In this document: piece by piece, positions 18,601-26,130 of the stretch
Layout: every line of letters starts with the position of its first letter
Position numbering within the stretch: position 1 is the first letter of the stretch
Assembly (NCBI GenBank): GCA_027491075.1
Contig: JAIXWX010000016.1
Location: 22,582-86,581, forward strand
Origin: Flavobacteriales bacterium
GTDB lineage: Bacteria > Bacteroidota > Bacteroidia > Flavobacteriales_D > Sanyastnellaceae
DNA length: 64,000 nucleotides
Reading direction: 5' to 3'
The notes under the pieces: generated by a model
Seen by the model: the letters and a program-made list of their open reading frames with translations, nothing else
Databases searched by the model: none
Told to the model about the DNA's origin: nothing
Position numbers and translations under genes: made by a program

Positions 18601-19065
18601 ATAAAGCGGATCACACACTTCCACAACCGCTGCGGTTCTTGTAACCGTCAGTGTACCACAAATGGTGTTGGTTCCACAACCCGGCTGCGTGTTCGTTTGA
18701 ATTCGCACCACCCCGGTGAATGTAGCGGTCCAGTCCAAATTAGACGGGCCGACTCCACAGGTTCCACCATTGTCGTTGAACGCTATCAAAGCGCCCGTTG
18801 CGTTATTGCGCAACGTAATAATGCTGTTCCATGTGGTGCCGCAGGTGTTAAAATTATACGTGTCTCCAGAAACTACAGAACACGTCATGTAGTCTCCTCC
18901 ATAAATGCAATCTTCCACAAAAGCGCCTGCGGGACCAGGGCTGGTAGGGGTTACATCAATGTAGAATGTCCCATTGTTGGAACACTGACCAATACTCTCT
19001 TGGAAAGAGAGCAAAAAAATGAAGGCCAAGAGTGACCCCCATAGGTAGGTAGATTTGAATTTCAT
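15694..19065 (-). CDS. T9SS type-A sorted secreted multidomain protein (Cys-rich repeat modules)
   Basis: The signal peptide MKFKSTYLWGSLLAFIFLLSF starts at internal Met34 of the track ORF, and a TACTTTTG -7 box 20 nt upstream supports that start. The C-terminal Por_Secre_tail-type domain reads VYPNPSNGRFQL...TAGTYHLEM. Confidence 0.85.
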   Translation of the reverse strand: MKFKSTYLWGSLLAFIFLLSFQESIGQCSNNGTFYIDVTPTSPGPAGAFVEDCIYGGDYMTCSVVSGDTYNFNTCGTTWNSIITLRNNATGALIAFNDNGGTCGVGPSNLDWTATFTGVVRIQTNTQPGCGTNTICGTLTVTRTAAVVEVCDPLYIGATQGPCDATGPTLQVVVSGSGDCAVTGIQVSVDGGPVFNVPLAAGAVIGEAFTLTGALTGSSYAITGVLDNGDVTNTSTVTVTEDCAVTACQETEVTVITDCYGSEVNWVLTDAMGMVVHEVFLETFPAGEFTEGTYTTTMCLPEGCYDFTINDSYGDGLNPVGTTCTVIGDFSVALATGEILVDGDPSYGAGATFEFCVGGTTGVCSADGFSVSEPLCTVNQGLPVAIADFTFDFTGDCIVQNAWLSINGEPAFSVDISADGIVSGVPIGFLLDPDTEYSMYYELSDGSLSPTITFTTPSCTTGETICDCAGTVLPIEATSWLGDGFLDDGSYNWNNDPALPVNFNCSTWGFDCDDAGTGNLEDPFGVCDGNLPPGNGCIDTPPTCQDVAMVIQFDCWPGESYIAIADDQGNLLYELDPSVTPILENELVTENLCLAPGCYSFNITDSFEDGLSGVECADPTPGFFTVTTTEGELLVEGGGNFGIQYIQDFCIDQVVQTCSGLGLTVGAGYCTMGADGISLFPSVELSFNYTGDCEVASVFVSLDGVDYQEVIVNDGVEPVLSGSTLDLFNLEGETTYSFFYTLSDGSFSEVEIFTTGTCDNEITICDCAGTEHSIGVTSWLGDDFADLGGFDWLGQPVDFNCSTWGFDCGDIDGAPAQDPFGVCSGNLPPNNGCEAAVLGCTDPAALNYNPLATINDGSCIYNNQFGCTDSEACNYNPLALIDNGTCEYITCAGCTDDAANNYDPTATIDDGSCDYSVIEGCTDADALNYNPIATEDDGSCIYDCVWPTVSFVPHCPQGQAPEYYVTMTISALGNGAPYIVSNSENQEQYVVNFLGTIQVGPFPNNEQVLITVNSVNLDGCLITSPVLTFDCSDVSVNEVAAMDMLEVYPNPSNGRFQLVNKGTSEKMTVRVFDQTGKLVFNDVRVMNTGAVEQIDLSTLTAGTYHLEMIGNSMMQNETIVIQK
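15697..15933 (-). other. T9SS type-A C-terminal sorting domain (encoded region)
   Basis: The last ~79 aa read EVYPNPSNGRFQLVN...VRVFDQTGKLVF...LSTLTAGTYHLEM. This matches the familiar TIGR04183-type pattern. Confidence 0.8.
16240..16548 (-). repeat. four tandem ~22-27-aa Cys-framed repeats C[TS]Dxx[AC]xNY[ND]PxAxxDxG[ST]CxY
   Basis: The four repeats are CTDPAALNYNPLATINDGSCIY, CTDSEACNYNPLALIDNGTCEY, CTDDAANNYDPTATIDDGSCDY and CTDADALNYNPIATEDDGSCIY. They span aa 873-975 of the track ORF. Confidence 0.85.
16567..18324 (-). repeat. tandem ~290-aa intragenic duplication (two copies of a three-module unit)
   Basis: ORF aa 281-570 and 576-866 align colinearly. Shared stretches include DC[YW]..E, CL.PGCY.F.I.DS..DGL, F.[FY]TGDC and ICDCAGT...TSWLGD.F.D.G...W...PV[ND]FNCSTWGFDC.D...DPFGVC.GNLPP.NGC. 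Confidence 0.85.
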
Positions 19066-19084
19066 AATAAAGGTTTTAGCTGGA

Positions 19085-19092
19085 CAAAAGTA
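19085..19092 (-). promoter_or_regulatory. -7 box TACTTTTG for the T9SS cargo gene
   Basis: This is an exact TAnnTTTG on the minus strand. It ends 19 nt upstream of the ATG at 19065. Confidence 0.4.
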
Positions 19093-19175
19093 ATCGTAAA
19101 CACTTACATCTTCAATTTTTATCTGCCCTATTATCAACACCGCACTTATTATAGGGTTATTCATTTTGGTTGCAT

Positions 19176-19183
19176 TACTTTTG
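19176..19183 (+). promoter_or_regulatory. -7 box TACTTTTG for the polyprenyl synthase gene
   Basis: This is an exact TAnnTTTG ending 8 nt upstream of the GTG start at 19192. It mirrors the box at 19085-19092. Confidence 0.4.
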
Positions 19184-19191
19184 ACCGCAAA

Positions 19192-20166
19192 GTGTCGACG
19201 TTAGAAAAAATACAAGCTCCCATCAAAACGGAAATGGTCGAATTTGAAAGCTATTTCAAGTCGGCTATGAAGAGCTCCAATGGGCTGCTCGACAAAATCA
19301 CTCACTACATTATCAAAAGAAAAGGAAAGCAAATGCGACCTATGTTCGTTTTTCTTTCCAGCCAACTCTGTGGTGGTGGTGCGCAGTCTACATTCAACGC
19401 AGCCTCTCTGATCGAATTACTCCATACCGCAACCCTCGTGCACGACGACGTGGTGGATGATGCCAACACGCGAAGAGGCTTTTTCTCAATTAATGCTCTT
19501 TGGAAAAACAAAATCGCGGTTCTTGTAGGGGATTATTTCCTCTCAAGAGGTCTGCTAATTAGCGTGGAAAACGGAGAGTTCGAGTTGCTCAGAATAGTGA
19601 GCAATGCCGTCAAAGAAATGTCGGAAGGAGAGCTTTTACAACAGGAAAAATCAAGACTGCTAAACATTACAGAAGAGGTTTACTACCAAATCATTCATCA
19701 AAAAACCGCATCGCTTATTTCAGCATGCTGCGAAGCTGGTGCTGCAGCAGCAAAGGCCTCCAACGAAGATCAGCAAAAAATGAAGGAGTTCGGCGCGCTC
19801 GTCGGGCTAGCTTTCCAAATCAAAGACGATCTGTTTGACTACGGCTTCGGAAAAGACATTGGAAAGCCCATTGGAATTGATATACAAGAAAAGAAAATGA
19901 CGCTTCCGCTCATTTTTACAATCAACAACTCTGATAAACCAACGGCATCTAAGCTGAAAAATATCGTTAAGAACCAAAACCAAAACACCGAAAAGGTGAA
20001 AGAGTTGGTACAAATTGTCTTTGAAAGCGGTGGAATACAGTATGCAACGAAAAAAATGGAAGAATTTCGCGACAAAGCACTCGCTATTCTTGCTACTTTC
20101 CCCGACTCAGAAGCAAAAAATTCCCTAGAATTGCTCGTGCATTACACGATTGACAGAGACAAATGA
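19192..20166 (+). CDS. polyprenyl diphosphate synthase (trans-IPPS, IspB-like)
   Basis: It carries two Asp-rich motifs, LVHDDVVDD and FQIKDDLFD. The protein is 324 aa and uses a GTG start. Confidence 0.9.
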   Translation: MSTLEKIQAPIKTEMVEFESYFKSAMKSSNGLLDKITHYIIKRKGKQMRPMFVFLSSQLCGGGAQSTFNAASLIELLHTATLVHDDVVDDANTRRGFFSINALWKNKIAVLVGDYFLSRGLLISVENGEFELLRIVSNAVKEMSEGELLQQEKSRLLNITEEVYYQIIHQKTASLISACCEAGAAAAKASNEDQQKMKEFGALVGLAFQIKDDLFDYGFGKDIGKPIGIDIQEKKMTLPLIFTINNSDKPTASKLKNIVKNQNQNTEKVKELVQIVFESGGIQYATKKMEEFRDKALAILATFPDSEAKNSLELLVHYTIDRDK

Positions 20167-20654
20167 TGATGCAAAAAAAACGGCTTTATTTCTTACTCCT
20201 ATTCGCACTAGCGTGCAGCCCTAAAGCAAACACCTCTGAAACAGGTATGCCGCTCCCGGTGAATGTGATCGAGAAAATCGAACAGCGATATCCCTCAAAA
20301 GAAGATAATAACGGAGCCCCAAAAAAAGCCGTCTATATTGATACTACCTCTAAAGAAATAATATCAGAGAAGTATTTCTATGAGTCTGGAAAGGTTTACA
20401 TTGAACAAAACTTTAAAAGCGGTCTAAAAAACGGCACTGCTATCGCCTATCGTGACACTACAGGAACGCCGTGGTCTTTACACACCTACGTGAATGATAC
20501 GCTGAACGGCCCTTACAAAACATGGCACCCCAATGGCGGACTCATGATGGAAGGACAATACGAAATGGGAAAAAAAGCAGGAAGCTGGAGATTCTTTGAC
20601 CCTTCTGGCGGAGTCACAAAAATCATCAACTTCTCAGACTCAATACCCGACTAA
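20163..20654 (+). CDS. MORN-variant repeat (YwqK-family) lipoprotein
   Basis: It has the lipobox LFALAC and repeats of the G.K.G....Y...G type (KNGTAIAYRD, LNGPYKTWHPNGG, KKAGSWRFFDPSG). It overlaps the preceding gene by 4 nt (ATGA). Confidence 0.75.
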   Translation: MMMQKKRLYFLLLFALACSPKANTSETGMPLPVNVIEKIEQRYPSKEDNNGAPKKAVYIDTTSKEIISEKYFYESGKVYIEQNFKSGLKNGTAIAYRDTTGTPWSLHTYVNDTLNGPYKTWHPNGGLMMEGQYEMGKKAGSWRFFDPSGGVTKIINFSDSIPD

Positions 20655-20725
20655 CAGTCTCTTGTTCGCACTTCATCGTGCAGTCAATAAAAGATCTCAG
20701 TTCTTCTCTCGTTTCTTTGTATACC

Positions 20726-21673
20726 ATGGGCGCGAAGAGTTTAATTTATTCGTTTAGTTGTGTTATCCTTTCGTTGTGGACCACTTTAAGTTTCGGTCAA
20801 CAAAAACCTATTTCCGCCAAAGAATACATCGATCTGTGGAAGAATGAGGCCATCCACCAAATGATCGAACACCGAATTCCTGCTAGCATTACACTCGCGC
20901 AAGGGCTACTTGAATCTGGCAATGGAAATTCCCGCTTGGCTAAAGAAGGCAACAATCATTTCGGCATTAAATGCCACAACGACTGGGCAGGAGAGCGAAT
21001 ATTCGAGGACGATGAAACCAACAACGAATGCTTCCGAAAATATAAATCTGCCAAAGAATCATTCGAAGACCACTCCATTTTCCTAAAAAGAAAAAGGTAC
21101 GAGACGCTCTTCTCTCTAAACCCAGACGACTATAAAGGCTGGGCGCACGGACTCAAGGAGTGCGGATACGCCACCAACCCAAAGTACCCACAACTCCTAA
21201 TCAATCTAATTGAGCAATATGCCCTGCATGAATTGGATCGGGAGGCAATGAAGAATATCAAAAACGGTACAACGCCAAATATCTCCCCACATAATTCAAA
21301 ACAAGATAATAACTCAACAAACATCACTCTTGCCAACAATCGGGAGATTGGAATAAGCGGCAATAGAATCAAATTCATAAGAGCCAAACATGGAGACACT
21401 CCCGCTTCTATCGCAAAAGACCTAGACATAGGCGCCTGGCAAATAAAAAAATACAATGACATAGGAGATAGTCATGTCTTTCAAGGAGGAGAGCTTGTGT
21501 ACATCCAACCCAAAAGAAACAAGGGAAGACAAGCTTTTTATACAGTGAAAAAAGGCGACACACTAAGGGCTATTTCACAAGAGCAGGGTATAAAACTCTC
21601 CAAGCTCTACAAGAGAAATGGACTAAACGAAAGTTCAATTCTTAGCATTGGACAAAAAATCAAATTGAAATAA
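20726..21673 (+). CDS. GH73 N-acetylglucosaminidase domain protein with two LysM domains
   Basis: The glucosaminidase motif reads PASITLAQGLLESGNGNSRLAKEGNNHFGIK. Two C-terminal LysM modules follow (KHGDTPASIAKDL..., KKGDTLRAISQEQ...). The ATG at 20726 gives a signal-like N-terminus, so I prefer it over the GTG at 20678. Confidence 0.85.
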   Translation: MGAKSLIYSFSCVILSLWTTLSFGQQKPISAKEYIDLWKNEAIHQMIEHRIPASITLAQGLLESGNGNSRLAKEGNNHFGIKCHNDWAGERIFEDDETNNECFRKYKSAKESFEDHSIFLKRKRYETLFSLNPDDYKGWAHGLKECGYATNPKYPQLLINLIEQYALHELDREAMKNIKNGTTPNISPHNSKQDNNSTNITLANNREIGISGNRIKFIRAKHGDTPASIAKDLDIGAWQIKKYNDIGDSHVFQGGELVYIQPKRNKGRQAFYTVKKGDTLRAISQEQGIKLSKLYKRNGLNESSILSIGQKIKLK

Positions 21674-21703
21674 AAAACCCCCTCGCTATCGGCGAGGGGG
21701 TTT
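21672..21703. terminator. bidirectional terminator AAAAAA-CCCCCTCGC-TATCG-GCGAGGGGG-TTT
   Basis: The 9-bp GC stem is flanked by A6 and T3. It lies 5 nt from the 3' end of the minus-strand tRNA-Gln and directly after the LysM gene stop. Confidence 0.7.
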
Positions 21704-21708
21704 CTCTG

Positions 21709-21779
21709 TTGCCCGAGCTGGATTCGAACCAACACAAACTGAACCAAAATCAGTTGTCCTGCCATTAGACGATCGGGCA
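21709..21779 (-). tRNA. tRNA-Gln (anticodon UUG)
   Basis: I folded it by hand. The acceptor stem is TGCCCGA/TCGGGCA with the U1-A72 pair, and the D stem is GTCT/GGAC. The anticodon stem ACTGA/TCAGT carries the loop TTTTGGT, and the T arm is GTTGG-TTCGAAT-CCAGC. It is 71 nt long with no encoded CCA. Confidence 0.9.
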
Positions 21780-21791
21780 ATCAATTGTCTA

Positions 21792-21804
21792 AAGCGGGTG
21801 CAAA
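21792..21804 (-). promoter_or_regulatory. shared tRNA-promoter block TTTGCACCCGCTT (tRNA-Gln copy)
   Basis: The same 13-mer follows the -7 box of tRNA-Cys at 42450-42462. On the minus strand this copy ends 12 nt upstream of the mature 5' end. Confidence 0.45.
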
Positions 21805-21881
21805 ATAAATGCATTCTTTTCATCTATGCAAAACTTTTCTATATCCTACCTTCGCTCCTCATTAAATTCTCTGCTACAATC

Positions 21882-23324
21882 GTGGAAAAAATTGCCAACT
21901 ATATTGACGGCCAACTCCTAGAGCCTACAGCTGGCCTGTACTTCGAAAATATTTCTCCCATAACAGGAAAGGCATTCTCGCTGATTCCCGATTCGGATGA
22001 AAAAGATGTGGAATTAGCATACAAGGCAGCGGAAAAGGCCTTTCACTCATGGTCAAACACTCCTGCAACCACCCGATCCAAGATCATGGTGAAGATTGCT
22101 GACCTTATAGCAGAAAACCTAAATGCGCTCGCAAAAGCAGAGAGCCTAGACAACGGAAAGCCTCTAGCCTTGTCTACTTCCGTGGACATTCCTCGCGCTG
22201 AATCGAATATCCGCTTCTTCGCAACCTCCATCCTGCATTGGTCTAGCGAAGCCCATATCATGGAAAACAACGCCATCAATTATACCAATAGAAAACCAAT
22301 CGGTGTAGTGGGCTGTATCTCCCCGTGGAATCTTCCTCTCTACCTTTTTACTTGGAAAATAGCCCCCGCAATGGCCGCAGGAAATACCGTTGTAGCGAAG
22401 CCGTCTGAAATTACACCTTATACAGCGTTTCTTTTTTCAAAAATCTGCATAGAAGCAGGACTGCCTGCTGGCGTCCTCAATATTGTGCACGGATTCGGTA
22501 ACAAAGCAGGAAATGCAATTGTATCTCATAAAAAAATCAAAGCCATTTCATTTACTGGCGGCACATCAACAGGCGCACACATTGCATCGATTGCCGCACC
22601 TATGTTCAAAAAGCTTTCTTTGGAACTCGGTGGTAAAAACCCCAACATCATCTTTGCTGACGCAGACTTTGATAAAATGCTCGCCACAACTCTGAGGTCA
22701 TCCTTCAGCAATCAAGGTCAAATATGCCTCTGTGGTTCTCGAATTTTAGTCGAGGAGAGCATTTACGAGAAATTCAAAAGCGCTTTTGTAGAGAAAGTCT
22801 CGAAAATGACCGTCGGCGACCCCATGTACCCTGATACAAAAACAGGCGCCGTAGTGTCTGAGGCGCACATGAATAAAATACTTTCTTATATAGAGTTAGC
22901 GAAAAAGGAAGGTGGAAAAATTATCTGCGGAGGGGAAAGAAAAGTGCTTTCTGGTGAGCTAGAGGGCGGCTTTTACATACAACCAACAATTATCGAAGGA
23001 TTGCCTCAAGCATGCAGAACAAATCAAGAGGAAATTTTCGGACCCGTTGTCACCATCTCTTCTTTCAAAACAGAAGAAGAAGCAATAACAATGGCCAATG
23101 ATACTCAATATGGACTTGCCGCTACGGTTTGGACGTCCAATCTGAGCAAGGCACATCGATGCGCCGCTGCGTTAGATACTGGAATCGTTTGGATAAATAC
23201 ATGGTTGCTAAGAGACTTAAGAACTCCCTTTGGAGGAACGAAAAATTCAGGGGTAGGAAGAGAAGGGGGATTTGAAGCATTGCGATTCTTTACGGAAGCT
23301 CAGAATGTCTGTATCGAACTCTAA
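21882..23324 (+). CDS. NAD(P)-dependent aldehyde dehydrogenase
   Basis: It has the ELGGKNP glutamate motif, a catalytic Cys in FSNQGQICLCGSRILV, and GTVWINTW. I prefer the GTG start at 21882 (product begins (M)EKIANYIDG) because the longer track ORF would run across the tRNA-Gln promoter. Confidence 0.9.
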   Translation: MEKIANYIDGQLLEPTAGLYFENISPITGKAFSLIPDSDEKDVELAYKAAEKAFHSWSNTPATTRSKIMVKIADLIAENLNALAKAESLDNGKPLALSTSVDIPRAESNIRFFATSILHWSSEAHIMENNAINYTNRKPIGVVGCISPWNLPLYLFTWKIAPAMAAGNTVVAKPSEITPYTAFLFSKICIEAGLPAGVLNIVHGFGNKAGNAIVSHKKIKAISFTGGTSTGAHIASIAAPMFKKLSLELGGKNPNIIFADADFDKMLATTLRSSFSNQGQICLCGSRILVEESIYEKFKSAFVEKVSKMTVGDPMYPDTKTGAVVSEAHMNKILSYIELAKKEGGKIICGGERKVLSGELEGGFYIQPTIIEGLPQACRTNQEEIFGPVVTISSFKTEEEAITMANDTQYGLAATVWTSNLSKAHRCAAALDTGIVWINTWLLRDLRTPFGGTKNSGVGREGGFEALRFFTEAQNVCIEL

Positions 23325-23553
23325 GTAGTTCAAGACTTATAGCCGTTTGTGAAAAACCAACCAAATGTTTTATTAAATCGGTCTTCAGCACTTCTGAACA
23401 TCGCCGAGATGGAAAATAGGGTCTTCATATTGTCTCTTTCTTACTGCGGGGAACTTAAATTCCCCACCGCTTGTTGCTTTTTCAAAAAAAATTTAACGTC
23501 ATTTATAGCATCTCTAACGGCATTATTCCAATTATTGTTTCATTATACAACGC

Positions 23554-23814
23554 ATGAGGTCTAGAAAAAAAACCATCGTACTCGATAACATCGTCTTTCG
23601 TGATAAGCAAGAATCGCTCGATTTTATTGACTCTTGCGAAAGAGAAAAAAAACCAATCCACGGTATTGAAATTGTTTTCTTCGAACAACAACTGCCCTCG
23701 ACAGATATGTATAAAACCATTTGGTTCAACCAACAAAACGGGGTGTATGAAAAAGCGCGCGTTTTTGTTTCTGAGAAAATGGCGGGCAAATGGAACTACG
23801 CTGAGTTCAAGTAG
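23554..23814 (+). CDS. hypothetical 86-aa protein
   Basis: This is the only sizeable sense ORF in a 660-nt gap. I recognise no motif, and overlapping antisense ORFs of similar size exist, so coding status is uncertain. Confidence 0.35.
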   Translation: MRSRKKTIVLDNIVFRDKQESLDFIDSCEREKKPIHGIEIVFFEQQLPSTDMYKTIWFNQQNGVYEKARVFVSEKMAGKWNYAEFK

Positions 23815-23986
23815 TTCGCGTTATTCAAGCGGTAATGTTTAAAACTAAAAATATTGGATTTCAAAGATGTTTGAAACATTAACAATTTAGAGGCGTACAA
23901 TTCGTTGTGCCAAAGCGGCTTTAGATGGAGTATTTTTTGTTATCATCGCGTCGCGTTTTATCAACCAGCAAGGAAATCAGGAAATC

Positions 23987-25609
23987 ATGAAGAGGAAAAT
24001 TATTTTTTTACTGTTGCTCTCAGTAGGAACTGCAGCGCAAGCCACCCTTCAGAAAGACACACTCGTGTCTGGTCAAAACGTGAAAATCGCCGCCGATGAT
24101 CCGGCCCTTCAACAGATTGACAAGGTCCTGGTTGCCTCCTATCTCAACCACTTTTGTTTCTCTAACGACCCTCAATTCTTGAATGCTTACGGCTATTCTA
24201 CGGATCAAGTACCAACTTTTTCCCCAGAGGTGACTGCAGAAAGACTAAAGTCTCTGGACAAAGAAACTCCTTTCAATCTCGTCTACAATCCTACTGTTCA
24301 AGGATTCATTGACCTCTATGCCATCCGCCGAAGGGATATCACTACCAAGGTGCTGGGAATGGCTCAACTTTACTTCCCGCTTTTCGAAGAAGCATTGGCG
24401 AAGTATGACATTCCGCTTGAAATGAAATATTTGGCCATCGTCGAATCAGCTTTGAATCCTACTGCAATCAGCCCAGCTGGCGCTGGAGGACTCTGGCAAT
24501 TCATGGTGGGCACTGGAAAAATGTATGGACTAGAAGTATCAAGCTACCAAGACGATCGATTCGACCCTATCAAGTCTACTGAAGCGGCGTGTAAATATCT
24601 AAAATTCTTGTACAATACTTTCGGAGATTGGCAACTCGCCCTCGCTGCTTATAACAGCGGCCCGGGAAATGTAAACAAAGCAATTCGTAGATCTGGAGGT
24701 AAAAAAGACTTCTGGGAAATCAAAAATTTCCTGCCTAAAGAAACACAAGGGTACGTTCCTGCCTTTATCGCAGTAAACTATGTGATGAACTACGCCGCTG
24801 AACACAACATTTATCCTAAAGAGCCCTTGGCTTCCTTCTTTGAAGTGGATACCGTTGTCGTTAAAAACAGAGTGGATTTCGAGGCACTAGCACATGTAGT
24901 TGGCCTACCGGTTGACCAAATCGCTTACCTCAATGCAACCTACAAACTAAAAGAAATCCCGGGAAATGGAAGAAAGCACTATCTAACACTACCCGTAGAT
25001 AAAATCGGCCTCTTTATCGCTAATGAAGAGCTGGTATACTCTCAAAGTAAGGAACAAATAGCCGAGCCAATTATGCTCGCTGACAACAATATCAGTAAGA
25101 CTTCCTTGCCTGACAATGCAGCTAAAAAAACCATTTGGGAGGATGACTGGAAAAATCACAAAGTAAGAAGAGGTGAATCGCTCGGTGGGATTGCCGACAA
25201 ATACAATGTTTCTCTAGCACAAATTAAAAAGTGGAATAAAATCAAAGGTTCGAAAATCGTTCCAGGACAGAACCTAAAGATTCAAACCAAGGTAAAGAAG
25301 ACCATCATCGTTGAAAACGATGAGTCCGAAAACAGCGCCAAAGCAAATACCGCCCCCACTCCGCAGCAAGAGGAAGAGCGCACTGAAGTCGCCGCTGAAA
25401 ACACCAATACTCCTGAGCCCGTTAAAACAGCGCCAAAAAAAGAAACTGCGCCGAAGTACAAATACTACACAGTGCAACCTGGAGATACGCTTTGGAAAAT
25501 CGCCAACAAACACAATGGTGTTTCCATAGAACAAATCAAAAAACTCAATAGCGGCCTACGCGAAAACAAATTAGCAGTAGGACAAAAGATCAAAATCAAG
25601 CAACTTTAA
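23987..25609 (+). CDS. MltD-like lytic transglycosylase with two LysM domains
   Basis: It has a signal peptide and the SLT catalytic block YLAIVESALNPTAISPAGAGGLWQFM...AAYNSGPGNV. Two C-terminal LysM modules are separated by a Pro/Glu-rich linker. Confidence 0.9.
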   Translation: MKRKIIFLLLLSVGTAAQATLQKDTLVSGQNVKIAADDPALQQIDKVLVASYLNHFCFSNDPQFLNAYGYSTDQVPTFSPEVTAERLKSLDKETPFNLVYNPTVQGFIDLYAIRRRDITTKVLGMAQLYFPLFEEALAKYDIPLEMKYLAIVESALNPTAISPAGAGGLWQFMVGTGKMYGLEVSSYQDDRFDPIKSTEAACKYLKFLYNTFGDWQLALAAYNSGPGNVNKAIRRSGGKKDFWEIKNFLPKETQGYVPAFIAVNYVMNYAAEHNIYPKEPLASFFEVDTVVVKNRVDFEALAHVVGLPVDQIAYLNATYKLKEIPGNGRKHYLTLPVDKIGLFIANEELVYSQSKEQIAEPIMLADNNISKTSLPDNAAKKTIWEDDWKNHKVRRGESLGGIADKYNVSLAQIKKWNKIKGSKIVPGQNLKIQTKVKKTIIVENDESENSAKANTAPTPQQEEERTEVAAENTNTPEPVKTAPKKETAPKYKYYTVQPGDTLWKIANKHNGVSIEQIKKLNSGLRENKLAVGQKIKIKQL

Positions 25610-25616
25610 TCAGCGA

Positions 25617-26066
25617 ATGAAAATAGAAACTGGAAAAACTGTACACGTTCACTATACGCTCCACGTGGAAAGCCCAACAGGCGAAATTGTAGAAGAAACA
25701 TATGGAGCAGAACCAATGATCTTCAAATACGGAGAAGACCAAATGCTTCCCAAGTTTGAAGCAGCACTGCTGGGTTTAAGTGCGGGAGATAAATTCAAAA
25801 TAGAAATCCCTTGCGCTGACGCATACGGACAAGAAGAAGAAGACTTCTTCATGGAATTCCCTAAAAGCGAATTCATTGATGAAACAGGGGAATTCGATGA
25901 AGATCTCTTTGCAGAAGGTGAGGTTGTGCCCATGCAAACTCCTGACGGACATACTGTTCAAGGTGTGATCGCCGAAATAAAGTTGAACTCAATCGTGATC
26001 GACTTCAATCACCCTCTCGCTGGTGAAGATCTTTTCTTTGAGGGCGAAATTGTAGAAGTAAGTTAA
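25617..26066 (+). CDS. FKBP-type peptidyl-prolyl isomerase, SlyD-like
   Basis: The 149-aa protein has VHVHYTL...GE, an insert-in-flap segment, and NHPLAGEDLFFEGEIVEV. There is no His-rich tail. Confidence 0.9.
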   Translation: MKIETGKTVHVHYTLHVESPTGEIVEETYGAEPMIFKYGEDQMLPKFEAALLGLSAGDKFKIEIPCADAYGQEEEDFFMEFPKSEFIDETGEFDEDLFAEGEVVPMQTPDGHTVQGVIAEIKLNSIVIDFNHPLAGEDLFFEGEIVEVS

Positions 26067-26096
26067 CCCCCTTCAATTGTTGATAAAGCATTTTTA

Positions 26097-26126
26097 AAGC
26101 CTCTTCAAGTTTGACGAGGCTTTTCT
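26097..26126 (+). terminator. weak hairpin AAGCCTC-N12-GAGGCTT followed by TTC
   Basis: A 7-bp stem follows the slyD-like gene. It ends only a few nt before the ftsX-like start, so its function is doubtful. Confidence 0.3.
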
Positions 26127-26130
26127 TCAT

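Noticed and set aside
19066-19164. The track shows N-terminal extensions for several ORFs: the T9SS cargo (start 19164), MORN protein (63111), aldehyde dehydrogenase (21798), rpiB (63468), PstS-like (31577), flippase (56298) and plug protein (13641).
   Set aside because: In each case an internal start gives a canonical signal peptide or family N-terminus. The extension would also cover a -7 box, a tRNA promoter or the neighbouring gene.
21672-21703. The recurrent GGCGAGGGGG-type hairpins (15648, 21678, 42549) could be a CRISPR-like or REP-type repeat array.
   Set aside because: They are single copies, tens of kb apart, each placed exactly at a gene or tRNA 3' end with A/T tracts. They are terminators, not an array. 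Their similarity is reported as a finding instead.
25659-25670. CTCCACGTGGAA inside the slyD-like CDS could be a fifth regulatory copy of the CACGTG motif.
   Set aside because: It lacks the TTT prefix and lies 43 nt inside a coding region, where it encodes LHVE. A single related 10-mer is compatible with chance. I mention it only as context.
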